Shown here: in pieces, positions 9,400 through 19,659 of the stretch
Numbering within the stretch: the first letter of the stretch is position 1
Layout of the letters: each line of letters begins with the position of its first letter
DNA from: Escherichia phage vB_EcoM_DE17
Sequence record: OP595146.1
Length of the DNA: 64,000 nucleotides
Strand: one strand, 5' to 3'
Translations under genes and position numbers: made by a program
Notes under the pieces: model-generated
Seen by the model: only the letters and a program-made list of their open reading frames with translations
What the model was told of the DNA's origin: nothing
The model's database searches: none

Positions 9400-9791
9400 T
9401 CAAACACCACCTGACAAGGAACCTGTTTAGTAATAAATTCTTCACAGTGCTCTTTAATGAAGTTTTGTAATGGTACACAATCTTGTGCGCAAGTCATTAG
9501 CATAATGTACTCTGGATTCATGATGTTTTCAAGACTGTAGAAGACAACATCATCAGATAGTTCGTGACCATCTTCTTCAGACCAAGTTCCAGTGACTACA
9601 GCTAATTTGTCAAGCAATTCATTAGGCAATGCTACACTATCTTCTACAGAATCACTTAGAACATTGTCGCCGATATACAATGTGAAGACCGTGTGGAATG
9701 TTGAGTATCTTACGTGATTCTTTTCACAAGAGCCACACTCTGAGGCATAATCTTTAATCCACTCTAACTGTTTTTGGCTCAACTTAATCAT
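9396..9791 (-). CDS. hypothetical protein
   Basis: 131-aa acidic, Cys-containing ORF; 4-nt overlaps on both sides. Confidence 0.45.
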   Translation of the reverse strand: MIKLSQKQLEWIKDYASECGSCEKNHVRYSTFHTVFTLYIGDNVLSDSVEDSVALPNELLDKLAVVTGTWSEEDGHELSDDVVFYSLENIMNPEYIMLMTCAQDCVPLQNFIKEHCEEFITKQVPCQVVFE

Positions 9792-9988
9792 AATTTCACC
9801 TTAGTCGGTAATGCACTGAATGCTATAGATAACCCTAAAAATGGTTTGAAGCATGACCATAAATCCATCTGACCATGATATGAGAAACCCCATTGTGGGT
9901 CTGAAAAACCCCATACCATAACACTAACCCCAAAGAAGAAGACTAGAATATGGAGTATGTATATCAACGCTTTTGATATCTTAAACAT
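9788..9988 (-). CDS. small hydrophobic protein
   Basis: 66 aa with a predicted transmembrane stretch (ILHILVFFFGVSVMVWGF). Confidence 0.35.
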   Translation of the reverse strand: MFKISKALIYILHILVFFFGVSVMVWGFSDPQWGFSYHGQMDLWSCFKPFLGLSIAFSALPTKVKL

Positions 9989-10141
9989 TTTAACTTACCT
10001 TTCAATTCACAATAAGAGAGTCCTAAAAAGAACCCTAGTAAGACAGAACCTATGAACAACCCAATAATACTCTCTGCCATATCTAACATCCAATAAAAAG
10101 GTGATGTAAGCCTACCAAGACCCACATCACCTTGTCAAGTT

Positions 10142-12286
10142 TTACATAGAGACTCTATCACGAATCTCAGCGATTTTTGCATCGTTCATTCGGGATTCAC
10201 CTTTAATCTTAGTCCATCCAAGATACCCACACACCCTGTTAATCACAGAGATATCATGTGAATGGCAAACCTCACATTCTTCAACATCAGCCTTTGGTCT
10301 GTTACCACAATGTTCACAGATTGCTAAGTCAAAGTTAAGCCCCTGATAGAAACCTTTCAACATCCCTCTGGTAATACAACTTTTAAGTGCTGTTAAGTTT
10401 TCTGGATTAGCTACCCTTACATACTGGATTCTGCCACCTCTACAGATATGGAAGAATGGCTCTTCTAAGTCCTGCTTCTCAAATGGTGAGATGTCTGCTG
10501 CAACATTCATATGAAAACTATTTGTGAAGTATTCCTTGTCAGAAACACCTTTAATAACGCCAAACATATCTCTGAACTGTTTTAACTGAGTTCCGCAAAG
10601 TGATTCTGCTGGAGTACCATAGACGGCATATAAGAAGCCATCTTCATTTTTAAACTCTTCAGTTTTCATGTTGATGTATGCCAGAACATCGTATGCAAAA
10701 CTACAGCTTCCAACTTCATGAAGTCGTTTACCTTCAGCAAGAACAGATAGCTCATCAAGCGCGGTAACCCCAAAAGAAGCTGTGAAGGACTTCACGATAT
10801 CCCAGCCAACCTTGTCAGTAGGTTTCTTATTCCCTTTGTACAGACCACCTTGTGTGAATGCAAGAGGGTTAGAACTTGCTGGCATATTAGCAATCATTTC
10901 GTAACGTTTCTTGTGGAAGCTGCGAATCATCTCTAGGTACTTATCAAGCTCTTTCCAGAAATCTAAGCCATTCTCTTTAGAATACTGGTAAATCATTGGT
11001 AAGTTCAAAGATACAGCACCAATGTTAGCACGACCAACATAGAACTCTTCCCCATTCTCATTAAAATATGGAGATAAGAAGGCTCTGCAACCCATCGGTG
11101 AAATTACCTTGCCAGAACGCTCAAAAGCTTCTGCTACAGCACCATGACCAGATACGCTTAAGAAATCTGGATACATCGCTTTAGAGCAACACTCAATAGC
11201 TTTACTGTACAGGTGTCCTTGACAGATATTTTCATCATGTCTCTTCTGGTCATAGATATAAACCAGCTTAGGAAATACAACAGGTTTTTTACTCTTACCT
11301 TGTCCATTCATACGAACATCTAGGAGAGTACTTGCAATCATGTATTGTAGTCGGTTGTCTTCATTAGACATGTCTGAGTCAAGCAAACCAAATGTTAAAG
11401 TTGTGAATGCAAAATCACCACGGCTGCAAGGTACAGTATTTAGTTTCATCTCTAGTGACTGGAAGCCTTGAGTTAATTCAATCTGTAGCTGCTCCATGAC
11501 ATAGTTATGGTAATGTTCTTTAGGAATACCGTAAGATGCTGCTTTCTCAGCATGATAGCGTAGAGACTTCTTAGCATACGGTACAAGTGCCTTATCAATC
11601 TCTGCTAAAGTAAATCCACCAAATTGCTGTGCAGTTGCTGAAAGAACTACATCACCGATAACTTGTAAGGCTGACAGTACAGACTTCGGTTCACAGTATT
11701 CGATGCCAGACATTTCAAAGCCACCTTTCAGTACTTTACCAATGTCGAACAGGCAACAGTTAATCCCACCAAAAATTAGGTCTCTTAAGTCATGGATGTA
11801 GATAAACCCTTTTTCAATGGCTTCGAGTTCCTCTGGTGTTAAATGGTACTGTTTAAAGATTTCTTTAGTCAGATAACCACGAATAATTGAACCTTTTGTA
11901 GAAATTAAACTACTGTCAAAGTTAGCATTTTCACGGTCACCTAAGAAGAGTGTGTCTCTGGTCTTTTGGTAAAGCTCATCCCAATTTTGAGCAACCTCTT
12001 TACGGTAATTTCTGTATGTTGAGTAAGACTCATAAATCTCGTGATTGACTTCTGCCAAAGCACCCTCAACAATGCTGTGGATATCATTTACCGAGATAAG
12101 CAAATTACCCTGCTTAGTGGACTTTACCAGAATCCTCATAAATGCTGACTCAAGAGCTTGGGTAACATCTGGTGGCAGTTCTTTATATCCAACCCTGTTA
12201 GCTGACTTTGTCACTGCCGCTAAAACTTTTTTGATATCAGGTTCTTCAAGTGAGCCATTCTTTTTAATAATCTGTACTTTGTTCAT
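10142..12286 (-). CDS. nrdD: anaerobic ribonucleoside-triphosphate reductase
   Basis: 714 aa; N-terminal ATP-cone; C-terminal Cys cluster and glycyl-radical motif RVCGYLG. Confidence 0.9.
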   Translation of the reverse strand: MNKVQIIKKNGSLEEPDIKKVLAAVTKSANRVGYKELPPDVTQALESAFMRILVKSTKQGNLLISVNDIHSIVEGALAEVNHEIYESYSTYRNYRKEVAQNWDELYQKTRDTLFLGDRENANFDSSLISTKGSIIRGYLTKEIFKQYHLTPEELEAIEKGFIYIHDLRDLIFGGINCCLFDIGKVLKGGFEMSGIEYCEPKSVLSALQVIGDVVLSATAQQFGGFTLAEIDKALVPYAKKSLRYHAEKAASYGIPKEHYHNYVMEQLQIELTQGFQSLEMKLNTVPCSRGDFAFTTLTFGLLDSDMSNEDNRLQYMIASTLLDVRMNGQGKSKKPVVFPKLVYIYDQKRHDENICQGHLYSKAIECCSKAMYPDFLSVSGHGAVAEAFERSGKVISPMGCRAFLSPYFNENGEEFYVGRANIGAVSLNLPMIYQYSKENGLDFWKELDKYLEMIRSFHKKRYEMIANMPASSNPLAFTQGGLYKGNKKPTDKVGWDIVKSFTASFGVTALDELSVLAEGKRLHEVGSCSFAYDVLAYINMKTEEFKNEDGFLYAVYGTPAESLCGTQLKQFRDMFGVIKGVSDKEYFTNSFHMNVAADISPFEKQDLEEPFFHICRGGRIQYVRVANPENLTALKSCITRGMLKGFYQGLNFDLAICEHCGNRPKADVEECEVCHSHDISVINRVCGYLGWTKIKGESRMNDAKIAEIRDRVSM

Positions 12287-12310
12287 TATTGCCCCTTTAC
12301 ATGCTAAAAA

Positions 12311-12326
12311 GGTCTCCGAAGAGACC
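12311..12326 (-). terminator. intrinsic terminator upstream of nrdD
   Basis: Minus strand GGTCTC-TTCG-GAGACC followed by TTTTTAG. Confidence 0.6.
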
Positions 12327-12334
12327 CTTTCATT

Positions 12335-12541
12335 TTAAATCTTTTTAGAAAACTTCGAAACGAGTTTTCTTAGTTTTTCAGTGATACCTAGCTGTATCTC
12401 TAATATTTCAAAGATAACCCATAGTAACATGGCTCCAAACAATGAACCTTGTTCAAAATCAGTAAATAGGTTAACAACAAGCATACCAATCACAATGGCT
12501 GGTGCATCAACAACCAAGCCTTCCCAAAGGCGTTTAAGCAT
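12335..12541 (-). CDS. small membrane protein
   Basis: 68 aa, two hydrophobic segments. Confidence 0.4.
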   Translation of the reverse strand: MLKRLWEGLVVDAPAIVIGMLVVNLFTDFEQGSLFGAMLLWVIFEILEIQLGITEKLRKLVSKFSKKI

Positions 12542-12776
12542 TATTCACCTCTGCCATAAAATTCTGTAGCGTTCCAACAGGTTTTAGGTTTTGTCCATCA
12601 GTTTTCATGATGAATGGCATCTGACGAACTGGCATCTGTGCAATATCCATCAGGTCTGACAGTTCATAATCCTGCCCTAACATTCTCACAACATGGTCAA
12701 TACCACGAGCTTTTGCAAAATTCTTTGCAGTCTCACACTGAGGGCATCCAGTTTTGGAGTAAATTACATAAGTCAT
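12534..12776 (-). CDS. glutaredoxin/NrdH-like redoxin
   Basis: 80 aa with CPQC active-site motif near N-terminus; lies between nrdB and nrdD. Confidence 0.65.
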   Translation of the reverse strand: MTYVIYSKTGCPQCETAKNFAKARGIDHVVRMLGQDYELSDLMDIAQMPVRQMPFIMKTDGQNLKPVGTLQNFMAEVNNA

Positions 12777-13849
12777 TAAGGAACCTCTAAAAATCCACTA
12801 TTCAAATCATCTACAACAGTATTCAACAGGTACGCACCATTCTGTTGCTCCTGATTAGCATTCTGCTCTTTATCAATTTCCATCTTCTTAATCATATACT
12901 TCAAAGGTGGTTCTTTAGGAGCTATAAAATCTCTGGGAATGCCAAACATATCATACAGTGGGGCAGCATTATAGTAAACCCACTCATGAAGAAGCTTTGT
13001 ATTTAAGCCAACTACAGCACGTCCTTCGGAGAAGATATAATACGACCATTTCTCTTCACTTTCAACTACTTCATCTAAGATTACTTTAATCTCTGGAAGG
13101 ATTTGTTGAAAAGCTTTCTGCCACTCATCATCTCTTAAAGTTTCTTTTAAAACTTCAATATCAATTTTAGTGTGAAGGATTTCGTCAAGCATAATTTTCT
13201 GGACAGCTTGAGCAATACCTTGAAATTTATCTTGGGCATCAAGTGCAAAAGTACATGCAAAAGATGCCATAAAAGAAATACCTTCAAGTGCAGTCACTGC
13301 AAATAGACCTTTTAGAATCACTTTATGGAAGTGTAAAGGGTCTTTGTCCAGAAGTGAGTCACGCACATAACTCAGACGATAGTTTATACCTTCATCCAGT
13401 AATTCTTCAAGGACACGATTCACAGTTTTTAATCGGTCTTGTACAGCAACATTCTGGTTAATCTCATCTAAGATTGTTTCAGGGTTTTTAATACATTGTC
13501 TTACAATCTCTGAGTAAGTAAGAGCGTGTAGGTTTTCAATCTCAGACTGCTTCATAATTGCAGTTGCATAGATGTCATCAGAGATGAAGGGTGCAAAGGC
13601 AAATGCCAAGCTCTTAGCAACTTGAGTGTCTGCCTCCCACTGCCACTTAAGAATCTCAAGCATTACACCTGACATTGATGCTGGGACACTCTCAAAATCA
13701 AGACGTGATTGTTCAAAAGGGAACTCATCTTCTGACCAGTCTTGTGCTTTTTGTTGTTTATAAAGTTCGAAGATTTTTGGGTAGTGCTTATTAAGTGAGT
13801 CAAAAGTTTTTCTCTCACCACCTAAAAAGATTGGGTGCTGGTTAATCAT
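12776..13849 (-). CDS. nrdB: ribonucleotide reductase class Ia small subunit
   Basis: Ferritin-like di-iron protein pattern; start set to ATG at 13849 (MINQHPIF) overlapping upstream stop as ATGA; next to nrdA. Confidence 0.85.
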   Translation of the reverse strand: MINQHPIFLGGERKTFDSLNKHYPKIFELYKQQKAQDWSEDEFPFEQSRLDFESVPASMSGVMLEILKWQWEADTQVAKSLAFAFAPFISDDIYATAIMKQSEIENLHALTYSEIVRQCIKNPETILDEINQNVAVQDRLKTVNRVLEELLDEGINYRLSYVRDSLLDKDPLHFHKVILKGLFAVTALEGISFMASFACTFALDAQDKFQGIAQAVQKIMLDEILHTKIDIEVLKETLRDDEWQKAFQQILPEIKVILDEVVESEEKWSYYIFSEGRAVVGLNTKLLHEWVYYNAAPLYDMFGIPRDFIAPKEPPLKYMIKKMEIDKEQNANQEQQNGAYLLNTVVDDLNSGFLEVP

Positions 13850-14103
13850 AGCGTGATTTCTCCTTTCTTTATCATTTCTAAGGCTTGTTTTCTGTCTAAA
13901 ACTTCCCAATTCTCTTTGTTAAACATCTCATAAGGTCTTGCGTAGATTTTACCATCTGCTGTAGAGATGTAAGAGGCTCCAGTGACCCATAAGTCATCAT
14001 TCTGCTTTATCATGATACCTGTGCTGCTCACATAGTACAATGTTTTGCGGGGTTTGTAGAGCAAGTATATTGGTCGCTCATGTTTTTCTATTAAATCTTT
14101 CAT
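13846..14103 (-). CDS. hypothetical protein
   Basis: About 85 aa from internal ATG at 14103; sits between nrdA and nrdB. Confidence 0.4.
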   Translation of the reverse strand: MKDLIEKHERPIYLLYKPRKTLYYVSSTGIMIKQNDDLWVTGASYISTADGKIYARPYEMFNKENWEVLDRKQALEMIKKGEITL

Positions 14104-14158
14104 GGTCTCTCCAAAGTTATTTTTAGAGGGTCTTTTACGACCCTCATAGTTATTAAAA

Positions 14159-16393
14159 CTAAACACCACAACCCTCGCAATAAGCATCTTGCAGTGCAGA
14201 TTTACCTACACCAATGCGACTGTTAAGGTAGTACATGGTTTTCATACCTACCGAGTTGGCATAAATCATGTACTTCAAAGCTTGAGCCAATGATACCTTC
14301 TTAGCTTTTGCGTAGTCAACATAGAAATCTGAAGAGATAGCTTGACCAGTGAACTTTTGAACAATTGCATAACAATCAATCAGGTCAAAGGTGTCAATAC
14401 CCCAAGCAATTTCATATACATACTTCAACTCTTCATAATCTGGAACAATAAACAGTACGTTACCAGTTGCAGACTTTTTGGTTAAAATAAAGTCACGAAT
14501 TGGGTACAAGCCGTTAGTTGTATTAGTCGCCAGAGAAGAACTCTCGTTAGGCATGTAAGCCTCTAATACAGAGTTACGGATTCCACCATTTTCTTTGATA
14601 CGCTGTGCTAAGTCATCCCAATCATATCGTAGTTTTGCATCATGCTTTTCATCAATCTTCTTGTTGGCTGTCTTTGGAGGAACCCAACCTTCAGGATACT
14701 TAGTGAACTTCATGTACTCTGGAACGCCACGCTCTTTAGCAAGTCTCAGAGAGGCTTCATGCAGATAGTAAGAGTGCATCTCTGCAAGTTCATGAAGCTT
14801 CGTCTTACCTGCTCTTGAAGAATAGTTCACGTAGTTTTTCGCAAGGTAATGAGCCACATTTGTAAGGCCAATCCCAACAGAGCGACGCTTCTGAACATGG
14901 TTGCGCATCGACGGATACGGATAATCCATAAGGTCAATAACGGAGTCAACCATTGCAAGAGCATAATAAGCAACGTCAGCGTATTCATCTTCTGAAATTC
15001 TCCCTGCAACCAAACTAGCTAGGAAGCAAAGAGCTACCTCACCATCCTCTTTCACAGCATCGTCTCTGTAAAGGTCTGTCTCTTTCTCAAAACCATACAC
15101 TGGCAATACAATTTCCATGCAAAGATTTGACATCTTCAATGGCTCTTTAAATGGTGTATGTGTGTTTGCATTATTTGTGAAGAATGGGTACACACGACCT
15201 GTTGCGTAACGCTGCTGGATAAACAGTTTAGCAATTTCACGAGCCTTTACTCGTCTGTGTTTAACACCAGAATGTACTGCGTGACCAACTGCCATAGCAA
15301 ACTCATCAGCGGATGCTGTGTAGAACATGTCATAGAGTTTTGGTGCATCTTTGTAAGAGAATAGCAACCAATCTGTATCATACTGGACACACTGCCAGAA
15401 ATAATCGTTTGTGCCGAATGAGTAGTCCATCTCATTAATACGTTTAGAAGGAACCGTTGTAGGGTGCTTCAAACGCAGTAAGTCTTCAATCTGTGGGTCT
15501 AGAGCGGTGTAGAAGTTGTTAGCTGAACCACCACGGCTCTTCTGTTTGTTTGCCTCTACAGATGAACGTACAAGTTTGTAATAAGGTAGCTTACCCATGT
15601 GCTCAATAGTATTTTGACGGATACCATCACCAATAGTGCGAGTCTCCATCAGCATACCGATACCAGCTTGCTTTGTAGTCATATCATAAGCAACCTTTGC
15701 AGCAATGCCAAGAGATTCAGCAGTATCGTTTGCCTTAATCAAACAGCATGACGCATAACCTGACTTAGTAGCACGTAAACCATTCAGATAAGGCGTAGGA
15801 GCGTTAATCTTCAGGTCAGATAGGTAAGTGTACAGCTTAATCACATCTTGCAGTCTACGGTGTTTTGGTTGCTTCTCAAAAGCTTTCATAGCCATACCCA
15901 TAAACATAAATTGTGGTGACTCAAAAAGTCTTCCAGTTTTAATATCACGGATACCATATTTGTCTCTGAACTGTTTCAACACTGCATAGCCGTAAGAGAT
16001 ATCTTTTGAGTGCACAATATACCCTTGCAGATATTCAAGCTCTTCCTGAGAATAGTCCATCTTCTCCCAAAGTCCTGCTCTCTCCATATTTTTAACGAAG
16101 GTAACCAGCGTAGGAACCTTAGTAAAGCCTCCAAAGGCTTCTTTGTAGATAATCCCCAGAAGTAGCCGTCCAGCCATATCTGAGTACTCTTGAGTTTGCT
16201 TATCAACACAAACATCAATCATGGCTTGGTGCATCTCTTTTGTAGTGCAACCCTCATAGACACGCTTCATGGCTTCCATAGTGACTTCTGACCAGATAAT
16301 TCCACGCTTATCTGCCCATGATGCCCACTTATTCAGTCTTTCTGGGTCAAAGCTGACTACTGTACCGTTTGATTTTTTAATTGTCTTAATCAT
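14159..16393 (-). CDS. nrdA: ribonucleotide reductase class Ia large subunit
   Basis: 744 aa; N-terminal ATP-cone; C-terminal CEGC pair. Confidence 0.9.
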   Translation of the reverse strand: MIKTIKKSNGTVVSFDPERLNKWASWADKRGIIWSEVTMEAMKRVYEGCTTKEMHQAMIDVCVDKQTQEYSDMAGRLLLGIIYKEAFGGFTKVPTLVTFVKNMERAGLWEKMDYSQEELEYLQGYIVHSKDISYGYAVLKQFRDKYGIRDIKTGRLFESPQFMFMGMAMKAFEKQPKHRRLQDVIKLYTYLSDLKINAPTPYLNGLRATKSGYASCCLIKANDTAESLGIAAKVAYDMTTKQAGIGMLMETRTIGDGIRQNTIEHMGKLPYYKLVRSSVEANKQKSRGGSANNFYTALDPQIEDLLRLKHPTTVPSKRINEMDYSFGTNDYFWQCVQYDTDWLLFSYKDAPKLYDMFYTASADEFAMAVGHAVHSGVKHRRVKAREIAKLFIQQRYATGRVYPFFTNNANTHTPFKEPLKMSNLCMEIVLPVYGFEKETDLYRDDAVKEDGEVALCFLASLVAGRISEDEYADVAYYALAMVDSVIDLMDYPYPSMRNHVQKRRSVGIGLTNVAHYLAKNYVNYSSRAGKTKLHELAEMHSYYLHEASLRLAKERGVPEYMKFTKYPEGWVPPKTANKKIDEKHDAKLRYDWDDLAQRIKENGGIRNSVLEAYMPNESSSLATNTTNGLYPIRDFILTKKSATGNVLFIVPDYEELKYVYEIAWGIDTFDLIDCYAIVQKFTGQAISSDFYVDYAKAKKVSLAQALKYMIYANSVGMKTMYYLNSRIGVGKSALQDAYCEGCGV

Positions 16394-16415
16394 TTTTGAA
16401 TCCTACAGATGAGAA

Positions 16416-16433
16416 GAGCCTCCGAAGAGGCTC
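16416..16433 (-). terminator. hairpin between hypothetical gene and nrdA
   Basis: GAGCCTC-TTCG-GAGGCTC UUCG-type tetraloop hairpin; weak U-tract. Confidence 0.45.
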
Positions 16434-16439
16434 CCTAGT

Positions 16440-16772
16440 TTAAATCTTGAAAATTTGCTCATTCTGCCACATATCGTAAAACTTATCACTTACCTTTGTG
16501 ACTGACGAAGTGTGCATACAATTGACGAACCATGATATATTACTATTCATAATTATTTCAAGCTGTTTTGTGACATCCACATTCATGTCTTCAACAACGT
16601 AATTACCTCGCATCTTGCAAACAACTCTTCCAAACAAGATTGCACTTCTGCCTCTTCGGTCGTCACAGTACATAACTGTGTCTCCGTGCTTAACATCTTG
16701 TCCGATACTATCAACACCTAATTTAGCACCTGAGATAATGTCATCATAAGATAACTTTTTTGCTTTAGACAC
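16440..16772 (-). CDS. hypothetical protein
   Basis: 110-aa ORF. Confidence 0.45.
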   Translation of the reverse strand: MSKAKKLSYDDIISGAKLGVDSIGQDVKHGDTVMYCDDRRGRSAILFGRVVCKMRGNYVVEDMNVDVTKQLEIIMNSNISWFVNCMHTSSVTKVSDKFYDMWQNEQIFKI

Positions 16773-17097
16773 GGTATTTCTCCAAGTTTCTTTTTAGATA
16801 TAACCAACCATAGTCAGTTCTTTCTACACCCATGAAGAGTGGAGCCATTACAACTTTACCAAAAGTATTCCTGTGTTGACAGATTTCAAAAGAATACTCT
16901 TTCTCAATATCAATCCCGTATTTGTACAGAACTGCTTTTAAAACTTGTTCATTATCCAGAAGTGTATCTGGAGTCTCACCATACTTCTCAAGTAACGGGT
17001 CATTCATAAACACCGTCATAGAGATATTGTAGTTTGAGAAGTGGCTCTTCTGAGCCACACCTTCTTTATTAATGTTCTGTGAATCCATTATAACCAA
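16765..17097 (-). CDS. hypothetical protein
   Basis: 110-aa ORF. Confidence 0.45.
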   Translation of the reverse strand: MVIMDSQNINKEGVAQKSHFSNYNISMTVFMNDPLLEKYGETPDTLLDNEQVLKAVLYKYGIDIEKEYSFEICQHRNTFGKVVMAPLFMGVERTDYGWLYLKRNLEKYRV

Positions 17098-17824
17098 CCC
17101 CTTTTAACCAGCACTTCAGGTTATTAGCATCATAATTCAGTTTCGGGTATGAGGTTACATGGAACTGCTCACCATCATAGTAGACAATATCTGCAATCCA
17201 TAGTCCATTCTCTTTACAGAAATCTTTATCTGCTTTAGAGGTAATTGGATTAACTTCTACAAAACCATCTACACCCAAATCCTTTAAGCTACATACAATA
17301 CCTTTGCAGATAACGCATGTGTCAGATACTACCACAAAAAGTTCTTGGCTTTCAAGTTCTACAATGTATTCACCAAGCTGAACTTTAGGGAGATTAGATT
17401 GCTTCATAATCTTCCCATCGGCTGCACGAACAATTGCATACCATTCTTTACCATCAACTACTGACATTCTGATGATACACTCTTGACCAGTACGCTTCTC
17501 AATATCTGCAAGACGCTTTAAAGCTTCTTCATAGTCGTCTGTGTACTTCAGGTCATTATTATGGCAAACAGCTTTCATAGCACCGTTATGGTCATGTTGT
17601 GATAGATAAATCAGACCGTCAAGAACATATTGCAAATCTGCCTGAGCATCCAGTGTCTCAATGGGGTCTTTCTCTTCAATTGCTTTTACAAGCTCTTTTG
17701 CTTCTTCAAGCATACATAGAGATTGAGATTTCAAAGACTCCCAATACTCATCACTGTAAGGTTGCTTTTGAGTGTTTCCACAACGAAGATTCCAGTTTTT
17801 TACTGATTCTCTTGAGTTAAACAT
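17069..17824 (-). CDS. hypothetical protein (possible MazG-like N-terminal helical domain)
   Basis: 251 aa; N-terminal helical region with acidic pattern loosely like MazG-type NTP pyrophosphatases; C-terminal CxxC. Confidence 0.45.
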   Translation of the reverse strand: MFNSRESVKNWNLRCGNTQKQPYSDEYWESLKSQSLCMLEEAKELVKAIEEKDPIETLDAQADLQYVLDGLIYLSQHDHNGAMKAVCHNNDLKYTDDYEEALKRLADIEKRTGQECIIRMSVVDGKEWYAIVRAADGKIMKQSNLPKVQLGEYIVELESQELFVVVSDTCVICKGIVCSLKDLGVDGFVEVNPITSKADKDFCKENGLWIADIVYYDGEQFHVTSYPKLNYDANNLKCWLKGVGYNGFTEH

Positions 17825-18063
17825 TTGGACTCCTTAAAATATCTGTTAACCTTTAGCTCTCGTGTTTCAATATATTCCAGATGCTCACGTAGCTCTTGAC
17901 GTTTAAGCATTAGGTGCTGCATTTGAGATTCAACAGCTTCAACCTCTTTAATTATTGACTCTCTGGCATTTGCAAGAATGCGCTCAAGTTCTTCAATCTT
18001 GCTGTCAACTTTTGCTACATGACTCACAGCTTTACTTTTGTTAAACATTTTATTCTCTCTCAA
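17800..18063 (-). CDS. hypothetical coiled-coil protein
   Basis: 87 aa, heptad-like charged pattern. Confidence 0.4.
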   Translation of the reverse strand: MRENKMFNKSKAVSHVAKVDSKIEELERILANARESIIKEVEAVESQMQHLMLKRQELREHLEYIETRELKVNRYFKESKCLTQENQ

Positions 18064-18069
18064 TAGTTA

Positions 18070-18567
18070 TCAAGCACAGTTTGCTTTCATTACCTTATGG
18101 ATTCTTTTTTCAGCATCTTCATAAGTTTCTTTAGTAATAAACTTAATTGCTGCAATATTGGCATTGTAGAAGAGTCTGAGCTTAGAGTCAATCCTTTTTG
18201 TCATTACATCGAATTTATGTTGAAGGTTTGCTTCACCATAAACTAGACCACCTTTTGTGTAGTAGGTTTGAATAATGTAAAAGTCAAAAAATTCTTTTCC
18301 AAAGCTCTCAATATCTTTTTTGATATACTCAGAAGAAGTCTCATAAGTCATCCAATCACTTTCCTTAGTGACTACCTTCTTCCGAGTCTTGCCAGCAACT
18401 TTTCTTTTGGTCACACTATTAAGCTGTTTCTTTCCGATATAGTATTGTCCGGTTTTCTTACAGTATACTAAATAGACAAAGCCAAAATGTTTAGTGGGGT
18501 CAACTTCCCCACACAAAGATACCCAATGACCGTAGGTAGGACAATTGCCAAATCCTTTAATCTTCAT
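18070..18567 (-). CDS. GIY-YIG domain protein (putative endonuclease)
   Basis: GFVYLVY...YYIGKK matches the GIY-(x10)-YIG spacing. Confidence 0.5.
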   Translation of the reverse strand: MKIKGFGNCPTYGHWVSLCGEVDPTKHFGFVYLVYCKKTGQYYIGKKQLNSVTKRKVAGKTRKKVVTKESDWMTYETSSEYIKKDIESFGKEFFDFYIIQTYYTKGGLVYGEANLQHKFDVMTKRIDSKLRLFYNANIAAIKFITKETYEDAEKRIHKVMKANCA

Positions 18568-19597
18568 TCATACACGGCTCCCAATTATATTTCTTAAAAG
18601 AGAAATTATCTTTTGGATTTCTCTCTTGATATGCTATCCAGAAATGTTGCTCCATTAACTCTAATGGTGTTTTGGTAACAGTCTGTCCATCCCATGACAC
18701 ATAGGTGTAAGACTCTTTTTTAGCATAGAGTTCATAGATAGCGTCAAGGCACTCTTTATAGGTCTCTTTACCATCTAAAGCATTCATCACAGCTACTTTG
18801 CCAGCACCTTTAAGGCCGAAGTAGTTGTCTGCATTATCTCCAGCAACAGCCTGATAACACAAAAATTTAAAACCTACACCAACTGTTTTTGCAGCTTTTG
18901 GTTTTGATTTGATAGGACAATCCCAGATATCACCAACATTATTGTCAGCAATAAAAATTAGTGGTGACTTTTCATAGGTCATATCAATACAATAAGTCCC
19001 TTCAGCTTGTCGAAGGTCTTTGTCAATACTCATAAGAGCAGCCTTCTTACCCATCTTTTCAGCTTTAGCAATTACGATTGAGTCTGCTTCGAAGCCACCC
19101 TTTAAGAGTTTAAACTCTGGTCTTGATAAAAGATATTCACGACAAGCAACTAAGTGTGTTGGTGTGACAGCTTCTTTACGGTTACCTTGATATTGGTGCT
19201 CAAGCCCTTTAATGTCTTTATGTTTATGTACACCCTTCTCTGTTAGATAACCTACCCAAGTTCTTTCTTTACCAACAACCTTAAGCCATTCCTGAAGAAC
19301 CTGCTGAGTAGCCATGATAGCTTCTTTTTCACTCTTAGCTTCTTTCCAAGTCTGTCTTTCCCATTCATCTTCATCAAATGTCAGACCAAGTTCTTCCACA
19401 AGGATTCTCTGGTCTGCTAACCATCTTGCAGCGTCTTTTGCATTATCAAATGGTTCAGATTCTTCTGCTGTGAGTTTATTGACATATTTATATTTTGCTT
19501 TCTCAACTACACAAGCACCTTTATAGGCAATACTATCAGAGTCAATAAAGACATGTGTAACTGAATCTGGAAGTTTTGTTAGCGTATACTGCTCCAT
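18557..19597 (-). CDS. 5'-3' exonuclease / flap endonuclease
   Basis: N-terminal VFIDSDSIAYK and H3TH-like AGDNADNYFGLKGAGKVAV match FEN-family motifs. Confidence 0.65.
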   Translation of the reverse strand: MEQYTLTKLPDSVTHVFIDSDSIAYKGACVVEKAKYKYVNKLTAEESEPFDNAKDAARWLADQRILVEELGLTFDEDEWERQTWKEAKSEKEAIMATQQVLQEWLKVVGKERTWVGYLTEKGVHKHKDIKGLEHQYQGNRKEAVTPTHLVACREYLLSRPEFKLLKGGFEADSIVIAKAEKMGKKAALMSIDKDLRQAEGTYCIDMTYEKSPLIFIADNNVGDIWDCPIKSKPKAAKTVGVGFKFLCYQAVAGDNADNYFGLKGAGKVAVMNALDGKETYKECLDAIYELYAKKESYTYVSWDGQTVTKTPLELMEQHFWIAYQERNPKDNFSFKKYNWEPCMNED

Positions 19598-19659
19598 TAT
19601 GAATCTCCATATGAAAAAGCCCCATACTAAGTACAGGGCTTTAAAGTAACTTTTAGAGA

